64,000 bases of DNA from Moniliella sp. 'wahieum' (Eukaryota). Each line of letters opens with the position of its first letter. Position 1 is the stretch's first letter. This document shows positions 13,498 to 25,861 of this stretch, one piece after another. The DNA lies in contig RSEE01000047.1 in the NCBI GenBank assembly GCA_003971905.1, positions 310,001 through 374,000 on the forward strand. The letters run 5' to 3'. The position numbers and the translations under genes are program-made. Under the pieces are notes generated by a model. It was given only the letters and a program-made list of their open reading frames with translations. It was not told where the DNA came from and made no database searches.

Positions 13498-14552
13498 GCG
13501 TGCAAACTTGTGATGGCAAGGGTACAAAACCGAAGCAAATGGAAGGTGGGATGGCGTCGCCGTCGTGGCAAGCGACGGAGAGATGGTGGTGGAGCCGCAG
13601 CAAGTGTTCGTGCCTCCAAAAATAGCGCACTGCAAGCTCGGCGGGCGGGCACGGGCTCCAGATCGGTCCGCAAGGGCAAATTAGGCTAAGTTCGATGACA
13701 TCGATTGAGATGTCGAGACTGAGCAGCGCTCAGGCTGAACGATGAGCGTGACGTTGATGTAAGGGTGGGTTTCGGTGCAACGCTATTTTGCAATTGCAAG
13801 CGGCGTGCTTAATCGTGTCTTATCTTTTCGCAGCACTCGTCGTATGCAGCGCCCCATCTCGCTGGAAGCTTCGAAGGGGCGTCGGCTCTGGTTGGCCTGA
13901 CCTTGTTCGCTCCCCCAAGCACTTCTCCTTTTATCTCCTCATCGACAAAACACCAAGGCCGCTGCGGTACATACAGTCGTGTTTTGTTGAACGTTGATCA
14001 AGTTGATTAATGATTGAGCTCCTGATCGGCCTGATCGCGCGATAATGTGTTTTGTGTGTGGTGCTACCCCTCCGAACCATCAGAGACGGAGACTCCTGAG
14101 GTCAGGCTTGAGGCCAGGCGTGAGATCGCTGCAATTCTTCACGCAATTAATATGGCGCGTTAGCTTCTGCGGGGTGGGCATGGCTTGGAGAAGTGGGCAA
14201 CACAAACTGACGATCAGACCATTCAACTTGGGGTTTATTATATAGTGCGGGATCTGAGACCGCTCCTGCCCCCCTCTGTTAATTGCCCTGGGCGCGCGTT
14301 GCCGCCCCCGCCCCATCGAAAGCGTGTGTGCATGTATATGCTTTGGGGAGAAGAATACCCCATCAACTCGAGTATACCTTCCAGGTGTCCACAGACGTCT
14401 CGATCGTTTGCAATTGTGGTAATTGATCCCTGGTGGCAATGTGCCAGGGGCATACATAAGAGAGAGAGGCCAACTAAATACAATGAGAAAAGATCATATC
14501 TAAGTGCACTCACCCACTTATTAGTGCTTCTTATTCCTACACCTCCATCGCC

Positions 14553-15407
14553 ATGGCCACCCTCGACTTTTGGAAGTACCGAAAGCCTGCCTCTGCCCCA
14601 TCCGTTTTCCCTGGTGCCAAGGATCTGCGTATCGGGATTGTGCACGCCCGATGGAACGCTGAGGTCATTGACGCGTTACTTAATTCGACACTGGAAACAA
14701 TCACAAAAGCCGGGGTCAAACCGGAAAACGTTGTGATTGAGAGTGTCCCTGGCAGCTGGGAGCTGCCTTTCGGGGTAATGAGGTGAGCTTACTATTTCAT
14801 CAGTCCAAAGCTCTGATTCTCTGTTATCGTTTAAAAACTTCACGCGTTTTGTCAGCATCATCTCAGCAGCTGAGATTGAGGCTTGCGGCCAGAATCCTAA
14901 TTCATTGCAAGACAATGAGGACACGGAAAGGGGTGCTGGCTGTTCTAACAGCGAAGCTGAAGCTGAAGCGCAAGAGGACCAAAGTGGTGCCCCTTTGCCA
15001 GATGGTGGAAAAAGGCACCCTTGGACGCCGTGATTGGGATTGGCGTACTGATTAAAGGCCATACCATGCACTTCGAGTACATTGCCGAATCATGCTCCAA
15101 TGGACTAATGCGGATCAGTATTGATACGAAAACACCCGTTATCCATGGATTGCTTTGCTGCCTGACGAGGATCAGGCTCTGGAACGAGCCGGGATTGGAA
15201 GAGGCGAATTTCGGGGCACAATCATGGAGTGGACTGGGCGAATGCAGCTCTGGAGTACGTTTCATTTCCTGTGAGAGTGACCATTGCGCTTTTTTCCTGC
15301 TTTCCAGGTGCCAGGAAGGCTAACTCGGTTGTTTGCATGCTCTTTTTAGGCTCGCGCTCAAAAACAAGAATGGCTACCTCAAGGGCAAGTTCCGCGTGCT
15401 GGAGTAG
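14553..15407 (+). CDS. RIB4: 6,7-dimethyl-8-ribityllumazine synthase
   Basis: LRIGIVHARWNAEVIDALL, VPGSWELP, DAVIGIGVLIKGHTMHFEYI, PVIHGLL, HNHGVDWANAALE. Two short introns (from about 14783 and about 15255) and indels. Confidence 0.93.
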
Positions 15408-17826
15408 TAGCGTTTCCTCCCCTGGTTTTGGGCTGCTAATGAGGGCAATGCGTATACACCAAAATGTATTCGGACTGACCTATGCCCTAACCATTCGCAT
15501 TCTCCACAGTTCTTCTGGAATGAGATAACTGTTGAGGGGATGCATCATGCGTTCACATCCGCACTTGTACGCCGTGTTGAACAGGCAGATATAGTGTAAC
15601 AAACCCCTTTTCTCATCTCTTCGACCATGGTGTATATATCAAAAGTGAAAGCTGGATAATCGTACCCTTTACACAGTAGGAGCGATGAGAGATGCGCGGC
15701 TCAACTCCCGGGATCACGGTCTCCACAACAGGGAACCAGAATGCCATTGTTATCGAGAGGAAATATGTGCTTACAGAGATCGGAGAGATGCCTCGATGTT
15801 CATTGTCACGGGCGGGCGCCGCCAGGGGGCCCGCCCTGGGGTTTTTTTTTTGGGGTACAATCCCTTAGGCGACGGTAGGTCGACTCACGGTAGTTTCGGG
15901 CTAGGCTGGTTGGTGCGTTCGAGCGGAGCTAGGGACAAGGAGAGGCCTTGGTGGGGCGGCTGCAGGTGTGGCAGGCTGCGTCTACACCGGCTTGGGCGGG
16001 CCGTAGTAGTGTCTGAAGCTCCGGGACTTGGGGACGGGAGGAGGCAGAGGCGGACAAACACTGCCTAACTGAGACTGGGAATCGCCGCGAACAAAGGAGG
16101 GCTCGCGCGATCGGATGACGATGGCTGGAGGACGAGGTCGAGGAGAAGTCGGACGCTAACAAGAGGAGCTGCCTGTACTGGAGAATTGGCTGGAACGGGC
16201 AGGGGTCGGACAGGATAGGCGGGAAGGACGGGAGTAGAGACGAGAAGGACGAGAATGACGAGAATGGAAGGTGGGGGAAAAGATCCCATCAACCGGGGTA
16301 CAGGCAGGATCAAAAGGAAACGGATCAAGAGGGGTGTGAGAAAGGAAGACACGTCAAAAGCGGGGTTGGCGCCGCAGGCGCGACGAGAAAGGAAAAGGAA
16401 ACGGGGACGAGGCGGCAGACGCCGCCACGGCATTGGAAGCTCGGTGGCCTTATTTAGGCCGGCCGACGTGGACTTGGGCGGGAGGCGACTGTTGTCGCGC
16501 TGAGCATGGCCCTTCGGCCACGATACTTAATTTAGCCAACCATCATCACACTCGGTTGGCCTGCGGAGCACGCTCTACTGGGCCTGTGCGGAGCAGACGG
16601 GCCCCAGCTTCGGTCGGACCATCTCGTGTCCGCCGCAGCCCGTGACATTCATGTACAAGTGGTAAGCAAAAACAAGTTGCATTAACAAACTGATAACAAA
16701 TGGACTTCCTCTCATCCTGCCACCAAATCATATGCATACTACACGAATATATATGGTGGGCGCTTGTGCAAAATAACACCTGTTCAGGATGCATCATGTG
16801 TCATTTGGAGACACTGGATGCGAGTGAATTTGAGGTCGATGGTGGTGAGAGTGACGGGTCACAGACACATTTCCACCGGATGTAGGTATGGCCCTGTTCT
16901 AGATCTTCCTGGCCCCCTTCTGTGTCTCTTTCCCCTCATCGATCATCATGCATCACGCGTGGTTTACCGTGTGATTAATGATTGCTCCTCCTCCTCCTCT
17001 GGTATATAAGGCACCATTCCATGCAGCCTGAATGAATACCATCGGCATCCAAAGCAATCCCCTTCCTACAGAGAGAGTCTCACCCAAGTCTGACACTGAT
17101 GATACACTCCCGTGTCTGGCACTTTTTCCTCCCCTGGATCCTCCCCTTCTGGATTCAAGAAGATAGCCCCGTGCAGCCCGTCGTTCACGAAGTCTCGGTC
17201 CCCTCTCGCCCGGCATTCCTCTGAGTCCGAATGAAAAGTTATTCCCTTTCTCATTGGTTGGAGGCAAGCGCGATGGGGTTAGCTTGGAACCCTTCAAGTT
17301 CTAGCCTCTCTTGCAGAAGCGATTGATTGTCCTGTTTGGTTATGCGGATCCGGCATTATATATGGCGGACGAATATATATGGACGAACACTTCCCCCCAA
17401 CATTCACAATTCACGTTTTCATCGCCGCGAACAATTCTCTGATGACTCTTACACCACTCTCAAAACCGCACTGTTTATTCCCCCCCCGGCTATATCCACA
17501 CTCAGCACACAAAAATCATCTCATACCCCCGGGCTGCTTAGAACTTCTCTATTCATAACCCGCCTCCATGGAGAGACTACCCGTGCCAAAATGAGTATAT
17601 GTTCCCTCTATCCACTTTTTATTGTCTCCCGGGGCTTCTCTCATCTGTACCACCTGGTGGCACATGTCTCCTTTCCGATACATATCGGTAACCGGTAACC
17701 GACGGTAACGCTGCTAAACGTCCCTTGGACATCGCCAAGTCTCTTTGGCGTCCTCTGCGCTCTTCGTTGCAGCATAGTGAAACTTGAGACTGGCGGAGGT
17801 TTTCAACTGGTGTGACATGTGACGTG

Positions 17827-17894
17827 TGACGTGGAGGCCTGAGATCCTGAGAGCAAGTTGCGCCAGGTTGCGCCACGCCGGGCTGACGTCAGCC
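17827..17894 (+). promoter_or_regulatory. bZIP-type elements upstream of ERD2 (UPRE-like TGACGTGG; CRE palindrome)
   Basis: TGACGTGGAGG at 17827-17837 and the 14-bp perfect palindrome GGCTGACGTCAGCC at 17881-17894, 150-215 bp before the ERD2 ATG. Confidence 0.5.
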
Positions 17895-18040
17895 GCGCTC
17901 CCTTGCCGCCAGCTCTTCGAGGTTGGGCTGCACCCGAGGAAGAGCTCCAAGTGCGCTCCACAAAACCATCCCCGTCGCGTGCCGACGATCGTCTGCCCGC
18001 GCTTGCCTCAGTTGCTCCCCTGTCCTGGGCACTGTCGGCC

Positions 18041-18825
18041 ATGAACATCTTCCGAATTGCCGCCGATCTTTCCCACCTGGCCAGCATTGCGCTGCTGCTC
18101 TATGCGATCCACACCCGCCACACCACACGCGGACTCAGCTTCAAGTCCCAGCTGTTGTACTTTATCGTCTTTGTCACTCGCTACCTCGACCTCTTCAGCA
18201 CGTCGCCCTTTGGCTGGACGTTTACCATCTACCTCGTCTGCATGAAGCTCTTCTTATCGGGTCGTCCGCTGGCATCCTCTACCTGATCCAGGTCAAGTAC
18301 CGGTACGTGGGCTGTCTGTACTCTAGCATAGCCTTACTGACCTGACAACGTCTTTGGTTTTTGGTGCCCTCAGGCAAACCCACAACCCTTCTCTTGACAG
18401 CTTGCCACTATCATATCTCATTGGACCCGCTGCCGTGCTGGCTCTGATCTTCCATCCGGAACTCACACACGACTTCGGTCCTTTGGTCCTTCTCAATCTT
18501 CCTCGAGGCTGTCGCCATCCTGCCCCAGCTCTTCTTGTTGCAGCGCACGGCGAGGCCGAGACAATCACCACACACTACATCTTGCTCTGGGTGCTTACAG
18601 GGCGCTGTACTTGCTCAACTGGCTTTACATTCTCATCTTCCATGGCACAGCCGATTTTAATACCTACGGCTTCATCGCCGGCCTGGTTCAGACTGCCCTC
18701 TACGCCGACTTTTTCCACAGTATGTGTCCATCCCGTGCCCCCCTTGCCGGTTCGTCTCTGACTGTGTCTCGCTAGTCTACTTTACCAAGGTGCTGCAGGG
18801 CCAAAAGTTCGAGTTGCCTGCGTGA
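18041..18825 (+). CDS. ERD2: ER lumen protein-retaining (HDEL/KDEL) receptor
   Basis: MNIFRIAADLSHL, GLSFKSQLLY..VFVTRYLDLF, FLEAVAILPQL, GEAETITTHY, GLVQTALYADFF, C-terminal GQKFELPA*. Two introns and several 1-bp indels. Confidence 0.95.
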
Positions 18826-19612
18826 AGTGCACACGAACTCGTACCGGCACCCCGCCTGTCGTTCCGTATCGCAGTGCCAAGTGGCCCCGCCCTTACCAAC
18901 ATCTGCCTTGTGCTCCGGCGAGGCTTTTCCCGTTGTGTATGGATTGTTTTGTTGCTTCATAACAAAAATGCCTTTATCCCCTCGTCCCAGCCCAGGTCCG
19001 CCTTGGGGCGCTACTGTTGCGGGGACTCGAGACGCGCTTTCAGCGAGCCGAACTCCCCAATACATGGTATTTCTGAGGGGGGCACGGGTAGTGTGGCTCC
19101 CAATGGCTGCCCGTGCTCCTTCGACAGCGTTTGCAGTGTAGCACCAGAGGCGGGCAAGTTAAAAGATCAATGGAGGCTAGGTAAACTATGTCAAGCGGGC
19201 ACCAAGCTTCCACGCTGCGCCCGATTCAACCCGGCTGGCTCGCAGAATCAACCAACGCTAAATCGTCCAGGAATAGGAGGCGTTTCTAACGCACCTTGAG
19301 CCGGGCTGTGGCCTGTGGCCCCGCCGTGCGATGAAAACGTTTCAAGGAACAGGAGACTGGCGCCATGCCGACTCGTGGGCACCAGCCACGCAGCCGTCTG
19401 ACCCACACCGGCGCCGTGCCGCGAGCGGCGTCCCACATCGACGCTGCCGCGGCCCTCCCGAGGGGCAGCGCACTGCCCCTGTGCGGCACTGCATAATCTC
19501 ACACACGCCGTGGGCAGGTGCGGTGCTGCGTCGAGCGGGCGCTGGCGGGAGCGCACCTCGTCGCGCGACCCAGCACCGCCCCACCACCTCTCCTCCTTCC
19601 GCTGCGCTCGCC

Positions 19613-20288
19613 ATGTCGTCGTTCCAGCTCCCCGCCCAGCTCCAGGGCCTGCGCAACGTCAATGTTCCTCCCCAGGTCAAGAGCGTGCACGCCAAGATCA
19701 ACTACTACATTGCCCAGATCGACAAGGAGGTACGTCCGCCGTGCGCTGTAGCTCCCGCGGCATCTGTCCACGCTTTGCCTGTCTCGATCTGCTTCTGACC
19801 CCGGCTCCCGTCCCCAGTTGGCCCAGTATCCTGCGCTCGTCAAGGCCGAGCAGTTGACCCATGTCCCCAAGGCATGGGGCACCATCGGTCTCTTTGTCAT
19901 TGTGACCACCGCCATCTTCTTCAACATTGCCGCCACCTTCCTGACCAACTTTGTTGGCGTGGCGCTGCCCACCTACCTCTCCCTCCGCGCCCTCGAGACG
20001 CCGGGCACTGACGACGACAAGCAGTGGTGCGTACTTGATCCCTTTTTGTTCCCTGGTGCTCTAGCCACGATACTGACAGCGACGGGCAGGACCATGTACT
20101 GGGTCTCGTATGGCTTCCTCACCATCCTCGAGTCCTTCTCTCCCGTGTTGCTCTACTGGATCCCGTCCTACTATACCTTGAAGACTCTCTTCCTCCTCTG
20201 GCTGCAGCTGCCGCAGACGCAGGGTGCCAAGCTGCTCTACCTCAAGGTCTACACCCCCGTCTTCTTCCCTAAGAAGGTGGCGGCCTAA
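19613..20288 (+). CDS. YOP1: ER-shaping protein, DP1/Yop1/REEP (TB2/DP1/HVA22) family
   Basis: LTNFVGVALPTYLSLRALETPGTDDDKQW..YWVSYGFL..LE..LLYWIPSYY..K..FLLWL.LPQTQGA. Introns near 19730-19817 and 20027-20089. Confidence 0.93.
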
Positions 20289-20986
20289 GTCCAAATCTCT
20301 TATCTCCTCTCCTCCCCTCACCCCTCACCCTGCGATATCATCTCCGCACGCCTCTTTCCTCTCCTACTGTATCTCTTTTTTTACCCGCCGGGCCATGGCG
20401 CACGACAGGGTGCGCCGTGGCAGCCCAGGCTGCACGATCCTACCACCACACCGATGGCCAGCAGCCTGAGGCACAGACTTGGACCCCATCTCAATTTCGA
20501 TGCTGTGTCCAAGCCCCGCTCTTCCCCCTTATTTCTCCCCCCGTGCCCTTGCCATTTCTTCTGTGCCTGTTGATTTCGCACGTAACGTACTTGTTCCCTT
20601 TCCCTTTACTTTTTGGGGCGTCCCAGCCAGTTTCTTCCCCCCCTCCTTCCCATAGGCTGCCCAGTCGACCAGCGTTCTTCCTGCTGGACTTGTGTTCTAT
20701 CTCGGGCCGTTAGGGACCGGTCTGTACATGTGCAACGAGCTCAATGGTTGCGATGCGATGCGGGGATGGATCAAGAACGGGCGGTGCATAGGGGTAGACG
20801 GGTGTGTGGGTAGGCCTTGGAAAGAGGGGAGGCTTGAGTGGGTGAACGCGAACCCGGGCGAGAAAGATGGTCAAATCAAGTGGCCAGCGCCAGCACAAAC
20901 AAACAAACAAACAAGCAAGCAACAGCCACCTCGGATTCTTTCATCTTAGCTAACGAGGAACAGGGGGCTGAAGCAGAGTGCGCGCA

Positions 20987-23230
20987 CTAGAGCACGCCAA
21001 GCAGCTTTTTGCTCTGCTCATATACCGTGTACGAAATCGACACGGCCGGAATGACCTTGGCCAAGGTTGGGCCCAGGCCGCCATAGAAGCCTCGGATCCC
21101 CTCGCGCACATACGTTTGGCGAAAGGCATCGACAAAGCCATGGTAGATATAAGGGTGGGCTGGCGTGCCACTCGCCTGGAGACGGGTGCGGACCAAGTTG
21201 AGCGGGTACACCGTGATGGCCCCAGCCGAGCCACTAAAGGAGCCAATCATCAGCGTTGCGTACACGGGCATGTCGCTCCGCCCGGCCGCCTGCAAGTAGG
21301 CCAGCTTGGCACCTTCAAACGTCGACATGTCGATCGCACTGTAGGGGAACACGCCCACCAGCCCAGCAGGCAGGCCGCGATAGAAGCCCCGCACACCTCC
21401 TTTGGCGTAGATAGAGCGCACGGTCTGGACAACAGCCATGCTCGTTGACCTCCCGTCCCCACGGCCATTGTAGGAGGAACTCATCATCACCGTCTTGACG
21501 GTCTCGACGGGGTAGATGGCTAGGGAGGCAATGCAATAAATCAGTCAGGTCAGTCTATATTCGCACAATGCAAAACCCCCTGGAGCCAAAGACGGCGGAC
21601 GTACAAAGTTGGGCCATGATCCCGGCCAGACCACCCGAGATGAAACGGGAGCGCGGGGAAATGTCGCGGGGATCCGAGACGTGGTCGACTTGTTGAGCAA
21701 AGACGCGCTTGATCGATTCGTACGAAAAGAACTTGATTGCCGATTCGGGGAAGATCTTGACGACGTTCAGGCCATTGCCGACCCAAAACGAACGCAGACC
21801 ACCGCCTTTGACGTACAGCGTCCGAGCCGCCTCCACCATGCGTCCCGCATGGCCACTCTTCCCGCTGGGTACGGCGGTACTCTGGGTAATCAGGTACACC
21901 TTGAGCCGATCAAAGGGGGCCGTGGCAGTACGAGAAATGCCACCAGCAATGCCGCCAGCGAGAAGATACTTGATCGCCACCCCGCCCGGGAGGATGCTGC
22001 CTTCCTCTTCCAGCTGTTCCTCGTCCAGCGTCTCGTCGTCCACCAGCTCAGCAACGGGCGTCTCGGTGGCGTCCGAGTCGTGATCGGGTCGTTTGGGCTT
22101 GAGCTTGCGCGTCGCATCGTCCAAGTTGCCCGTCACATCCGAATCGCCATCGGCCGTGATACCGGCGCCCCGCGCTCATGCGCGGTATAGTGGTAGTAAC
22201 TGTGCGCCCAGCTGCCCGAGGCCAAATCACGAAAGATGCCACTCTCGCGCCGGAACAGGCCATAGACCTTGCGCGCTTGGTAGAACCGCACAATCTCGGG
22301 CACGCTCGGCGTGCGCGGCAACAGCAGCAGGTAGTCCCGGAATTCGGGCCAGGTCACATACGCCGTCCGACCACGGCTGTCGCCCTCGCTGGGGGGCACC
22401 GTATCCCCCGTGAGGTGCGCGTGCCAGTTGCGACTGCTGCTGAGCGAGGCAATAAAGTCGTGCAGCTGGGTGTCGGAGAGGGTAATGTCGTGCGCGGCCA
22501 AGGCAGCTTCCACTTCGCGCACAGTCAGCCGGCCGTCGCGGTCCTGGTCCAAATGACGAAAGACGCTGTACAGCTCTCGCTCTTTCAGCGCCGCATAGCG
22601 CAGGAAGGCGTGCCACTCGAGCTGCCGTTGGCGCGTGCGGTCGTCGCTGCGCGTCGACAGGGGCGGGGGCGGAGGCGGTGGGAGCAGGCCAAAGACGTGC
22701 GACCCGGGGTATCCATTCTCTGGTCCGAGCGGGGGTAATGGTAGTGCCGTGCCTTCGGGCGCGGGCGGGGAGACAGGGGAGGAGGAAGCAGAAGCAGCAG
22801 GCGGTGGCGATGGCGATGGCGGGGGGTACATGTACGCCGCCACATCGGCCGCCGCATGCGACAGCGTCGATCCCAGCCCGTACTCGCCGTAGTCGCCTGT
22901 CCCCTCGGGATGTGAAGACGGCGGCTCGGGCTGGCACTGGGCCAAGAGTTCGCGCGCATACTGGGGCCGCGCCTCGTCGGGCGCATGGGTCGGCGGCCCC
23001 GCACGGCCATCGGCCGCGGGGGCGTACCCGGGCAAAGGCGCCGGTGCAGCGTTGCCGGCCTGGGCAGCAATCGCGGTGCGCGTCCAGGCATCCTTGGCGC
23101 GGCCAGCAGCAAACGCCTCGTCGCGCGCGGCATCGGTCAACTTGTCGAAGAGACCGGCGAGGCGCAGGAGACGTGCCTGGGGCGCCTCCTGTGCGCGCAC
23201 GGCGGTGAAGCCGTCGTCGTCCGGGGCCAT
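20987..23230 (-). CDS. SAL1: Ca2+-binding mitochondrial ATP-Mg/Pi carrier (SCaMC)
   Basis: EF-hand DQDRDGRLTVRE, TWPEFRDYLLLLP, and three carrier repeats (LAGGIAGGISRTATAPFDRLK, GNGLNVVKIFPESAIKF, YPLNLVRTRLQ). Intron near 21533-21603; frameshift near 22135. Confidence 0.92.
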
Positions 23231-23971
23231 CGTGGGCGGGTGGGGAGTGGGGGGCCGCGGCCGGGCGCGGCGTGGGGAGAGAGGGGGCGGAGGGGGCCAG
23301 GAGGAGAAGAGGGGGCGCAAGCAACACCAAAAAAACGTCCCACCCCACGCGACAGAAGCAGAGATGGGCTGGGCGGGCTGGGCGAGGAGGAGGACGAGCG
23401 GCGGCCTGGGAACCAAAAATCAATTTGCAATGTTCAATCCGCCCGTCCCGTCCCGCCTTGTGCCGACGTGGAGGCACTCATAGTCACGCCCTTGTCGCCC
23501 GCCTCTGAACAGGCAAAATAGACACGTCGGCGCTTGCTTGCTCCGCTTGCTCCGCTTGCTCCGCCAAACATCCCGCGCGCCGGCTCTGCTCTTGCCGCCC
23601 TCGCGCGGCCCCCGCCTGCTCCCGCCCCGCCTGGCCTGTCCAGCGTCTGCGCGTGGGAACCCCACCAGACGAATTAATAATGCGCCCCCGATGCATATCC
23701 CACTCCCCACGTGACCCCCTTGTCACTTGCTGTGCCCTGCCTCGCACGAGCCACTCTCTTGCAGATCTCACCAACTCAGTTCATCGTTGCATCCGCCAGC
23801 ACCAACTGGCACTCCAGCCTCAAGGTGATTAGCAGCTCTGCTTGCTCTCTTCCCTACGGCCTAATGCATCCGCAACTGCCCGGCCTCTCGCCCTCGATGT
23901 GAAAGAAGATGCGCTGGAAAATGCACAACGACTCGTACTTATTTTTTTGCCCCCGGGCAAGCAGCAAGTGC

Positions 23972-25177
23972 TTACAACAGCTTCTCCAACTCTTCGTAGA
24001 TCGCCTGGCCCATCTCCTTGGTCGACGTTTGGCCGCCCAAGTCGCGTGTGCGCAGGCCGCGCCCGCCAATCTCCGGAGCATCCAGCACCTTGCGCACCGC
24101 CGCCTCCACCTTCTCTGCTGCTGCCGGCTGGGCAAGCGACCAGCGGAGCAAGAGCGCAGCCGACAAGATGGTCCCAATGGGGTTGGCAATCCCTTGCCCG
24201 GCAATGTCGGGGGCCGAACCATGGATGGGTTCGTAGATGCCATTGCACCGGTTCTTGCCGTCGGGCAGGGCCGACAGCGAGCCAGAAGGCAGCAGCCCCA
24301 ACGAGCCGGGCAGGACACTGGATTCGTCCGAGAGAATGTCGCCAAACATGTTCTCGGTAAGGAGAATGCCATTGAGCTTGCGCGGGTTGCTCACCATCAG
24401 CATCGCCGCACTGTCAACCAGGTGGTGGTCGAGGGGAATGTTCTTGTCCCCAAACTCCTTCTCGAGCGTGTCCGTGACGACCTTACGCCACAGCCGGCTG
24501 GTGGCCAGCACATTGGCCTTGTCAATCGAGTGAATGGGCAGCGGGGGGTTGTGCTGGAGGGCCAAGTAGGCAGCCAGGCGCGTGATCCGTTCCACGTCCG
24601 CCCGGTCGTACACCATCTGGTCCACCGCTTCCCCCTTGCTGCCCTCGGACAGGTCCGCCTCGGTACGCGAGCCAAAGTACAAGCCCTTGACCAGCTCCCG
24701 CACCACAATCACGTCCGTGCCACGAACAATCTCGGGGCGCAGCGGCGAGTGCTCCACAAGCGAGTCCGAGATGAAGGAGGCCGGACGAATGTTGGCGTAG
24801 AGGTCGAGCTCCTTGCGGATGGCTAGCAAGCCTTGCTCGGGGCGCACCTTGCCCACACCCCACTTGGGCCCGCCAACGGCGCCTGGGTGTCACGTGGGTT
24901 GTTAGGGAGAGAGGGAGGAGGAAGGATAGGGCAACACGGGGGGGGGGGGAGGCGTACCAAGCAGAATGGCGTCGGCAACCTTGCATGCCTCGCGCGTCTT
25001 GGTGGGGTAAGGGTCGCCGGACGAGTCGATGGCGGCGCCGCCAAAGTCGTAGGAGGTGAGCTTGAGGTCAAAGTCGCTCTTAGACGCAACGAGCTCGAGG
25101 ATGCGGCTGGCCTCGGCCACGATTTCGGGCCCGATGCCGTCGCCGGGAAGAACAGCAATGTTGAACGTCTTGGACAT
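23972..25177 (-). CDS. LEU2: 3-isopropylmalate dehydrogenase
   Basis: [91 protein letters not shown]. Intron near 24885-24957. Confidence 0.97.
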
Positions 25178-25861
25178 GGCGGGAACAAGCAAAGACAACA
25201 GGGGAGGGAGTGGCTGGTGGTGGTGGAGAGGCAGGGAGGGGGATGGACTGCTGCCGGCGGCAGCTGTGTGGTGGGCCAAGCAAGTCCGCTTGGCTATGTG
25301 GCGAAACGTGAACGCGATGGCAGGCACAGGGGCAGTGTGTGGCCATGTCCGCCCATGCGTTGCTTCCTCCGCCGCAGCAATTCTCCACGGCCCCACACTT
25401 CTCCGCGCAGGGTGTGAACATTTCAACCGCTGCGCCCACCCGTCGGTGCGGATGAGTTGCACCTTGCAGCTGGAAACGTAAGCACGGAGACGTCGGGCGG
25501 AACAGGAGGGGCGGAATGCGGGAGGGGTCGGAGGGGCCCGGGAGCGGGTGCAAGGGGCGTGCGGCGGAAGATTAGGGGCAGGCGCGCGGCGGAGAGGCAG
25601 TGTGCGGCGGGTGGTCACGGGCAATTAGTCAGGCGGAAGCAAGCGCAGCTGCCGTCAGCGCGTCCGCCCCAGCGTGCGCATCCACTGCACCCGGTGTGCC
25701 CCAGACAGACCGGCGCAGTGCCCGGCGGCGCGGATGAGCGATCGATGACGTCGGCGGGCGGCGACTGGGTCGTGCAGCGCTGGGCAACCTTCTGGCCAGC
25801 AGCCAGCCACCACCTCCACCTCCTGGCTCCAACCACCCGCTGCTCCCTCCGCGTCGCCGCC

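Noticed and set aside
20896..23565. (AAAC)n at about 20896 and (GCTTGCTCC)x3 at about 23535
   Set aside because: Ordinary microsatellites in UTR or promoter DNA with no further structure.
25538..25547. Leu3-type CCG-N4-CGG site upstream of LEU2
   Set aside because: A single match in very GC-rich DNA is expected by chance, and it does not fit the stricter CCGGNNCCGG form.
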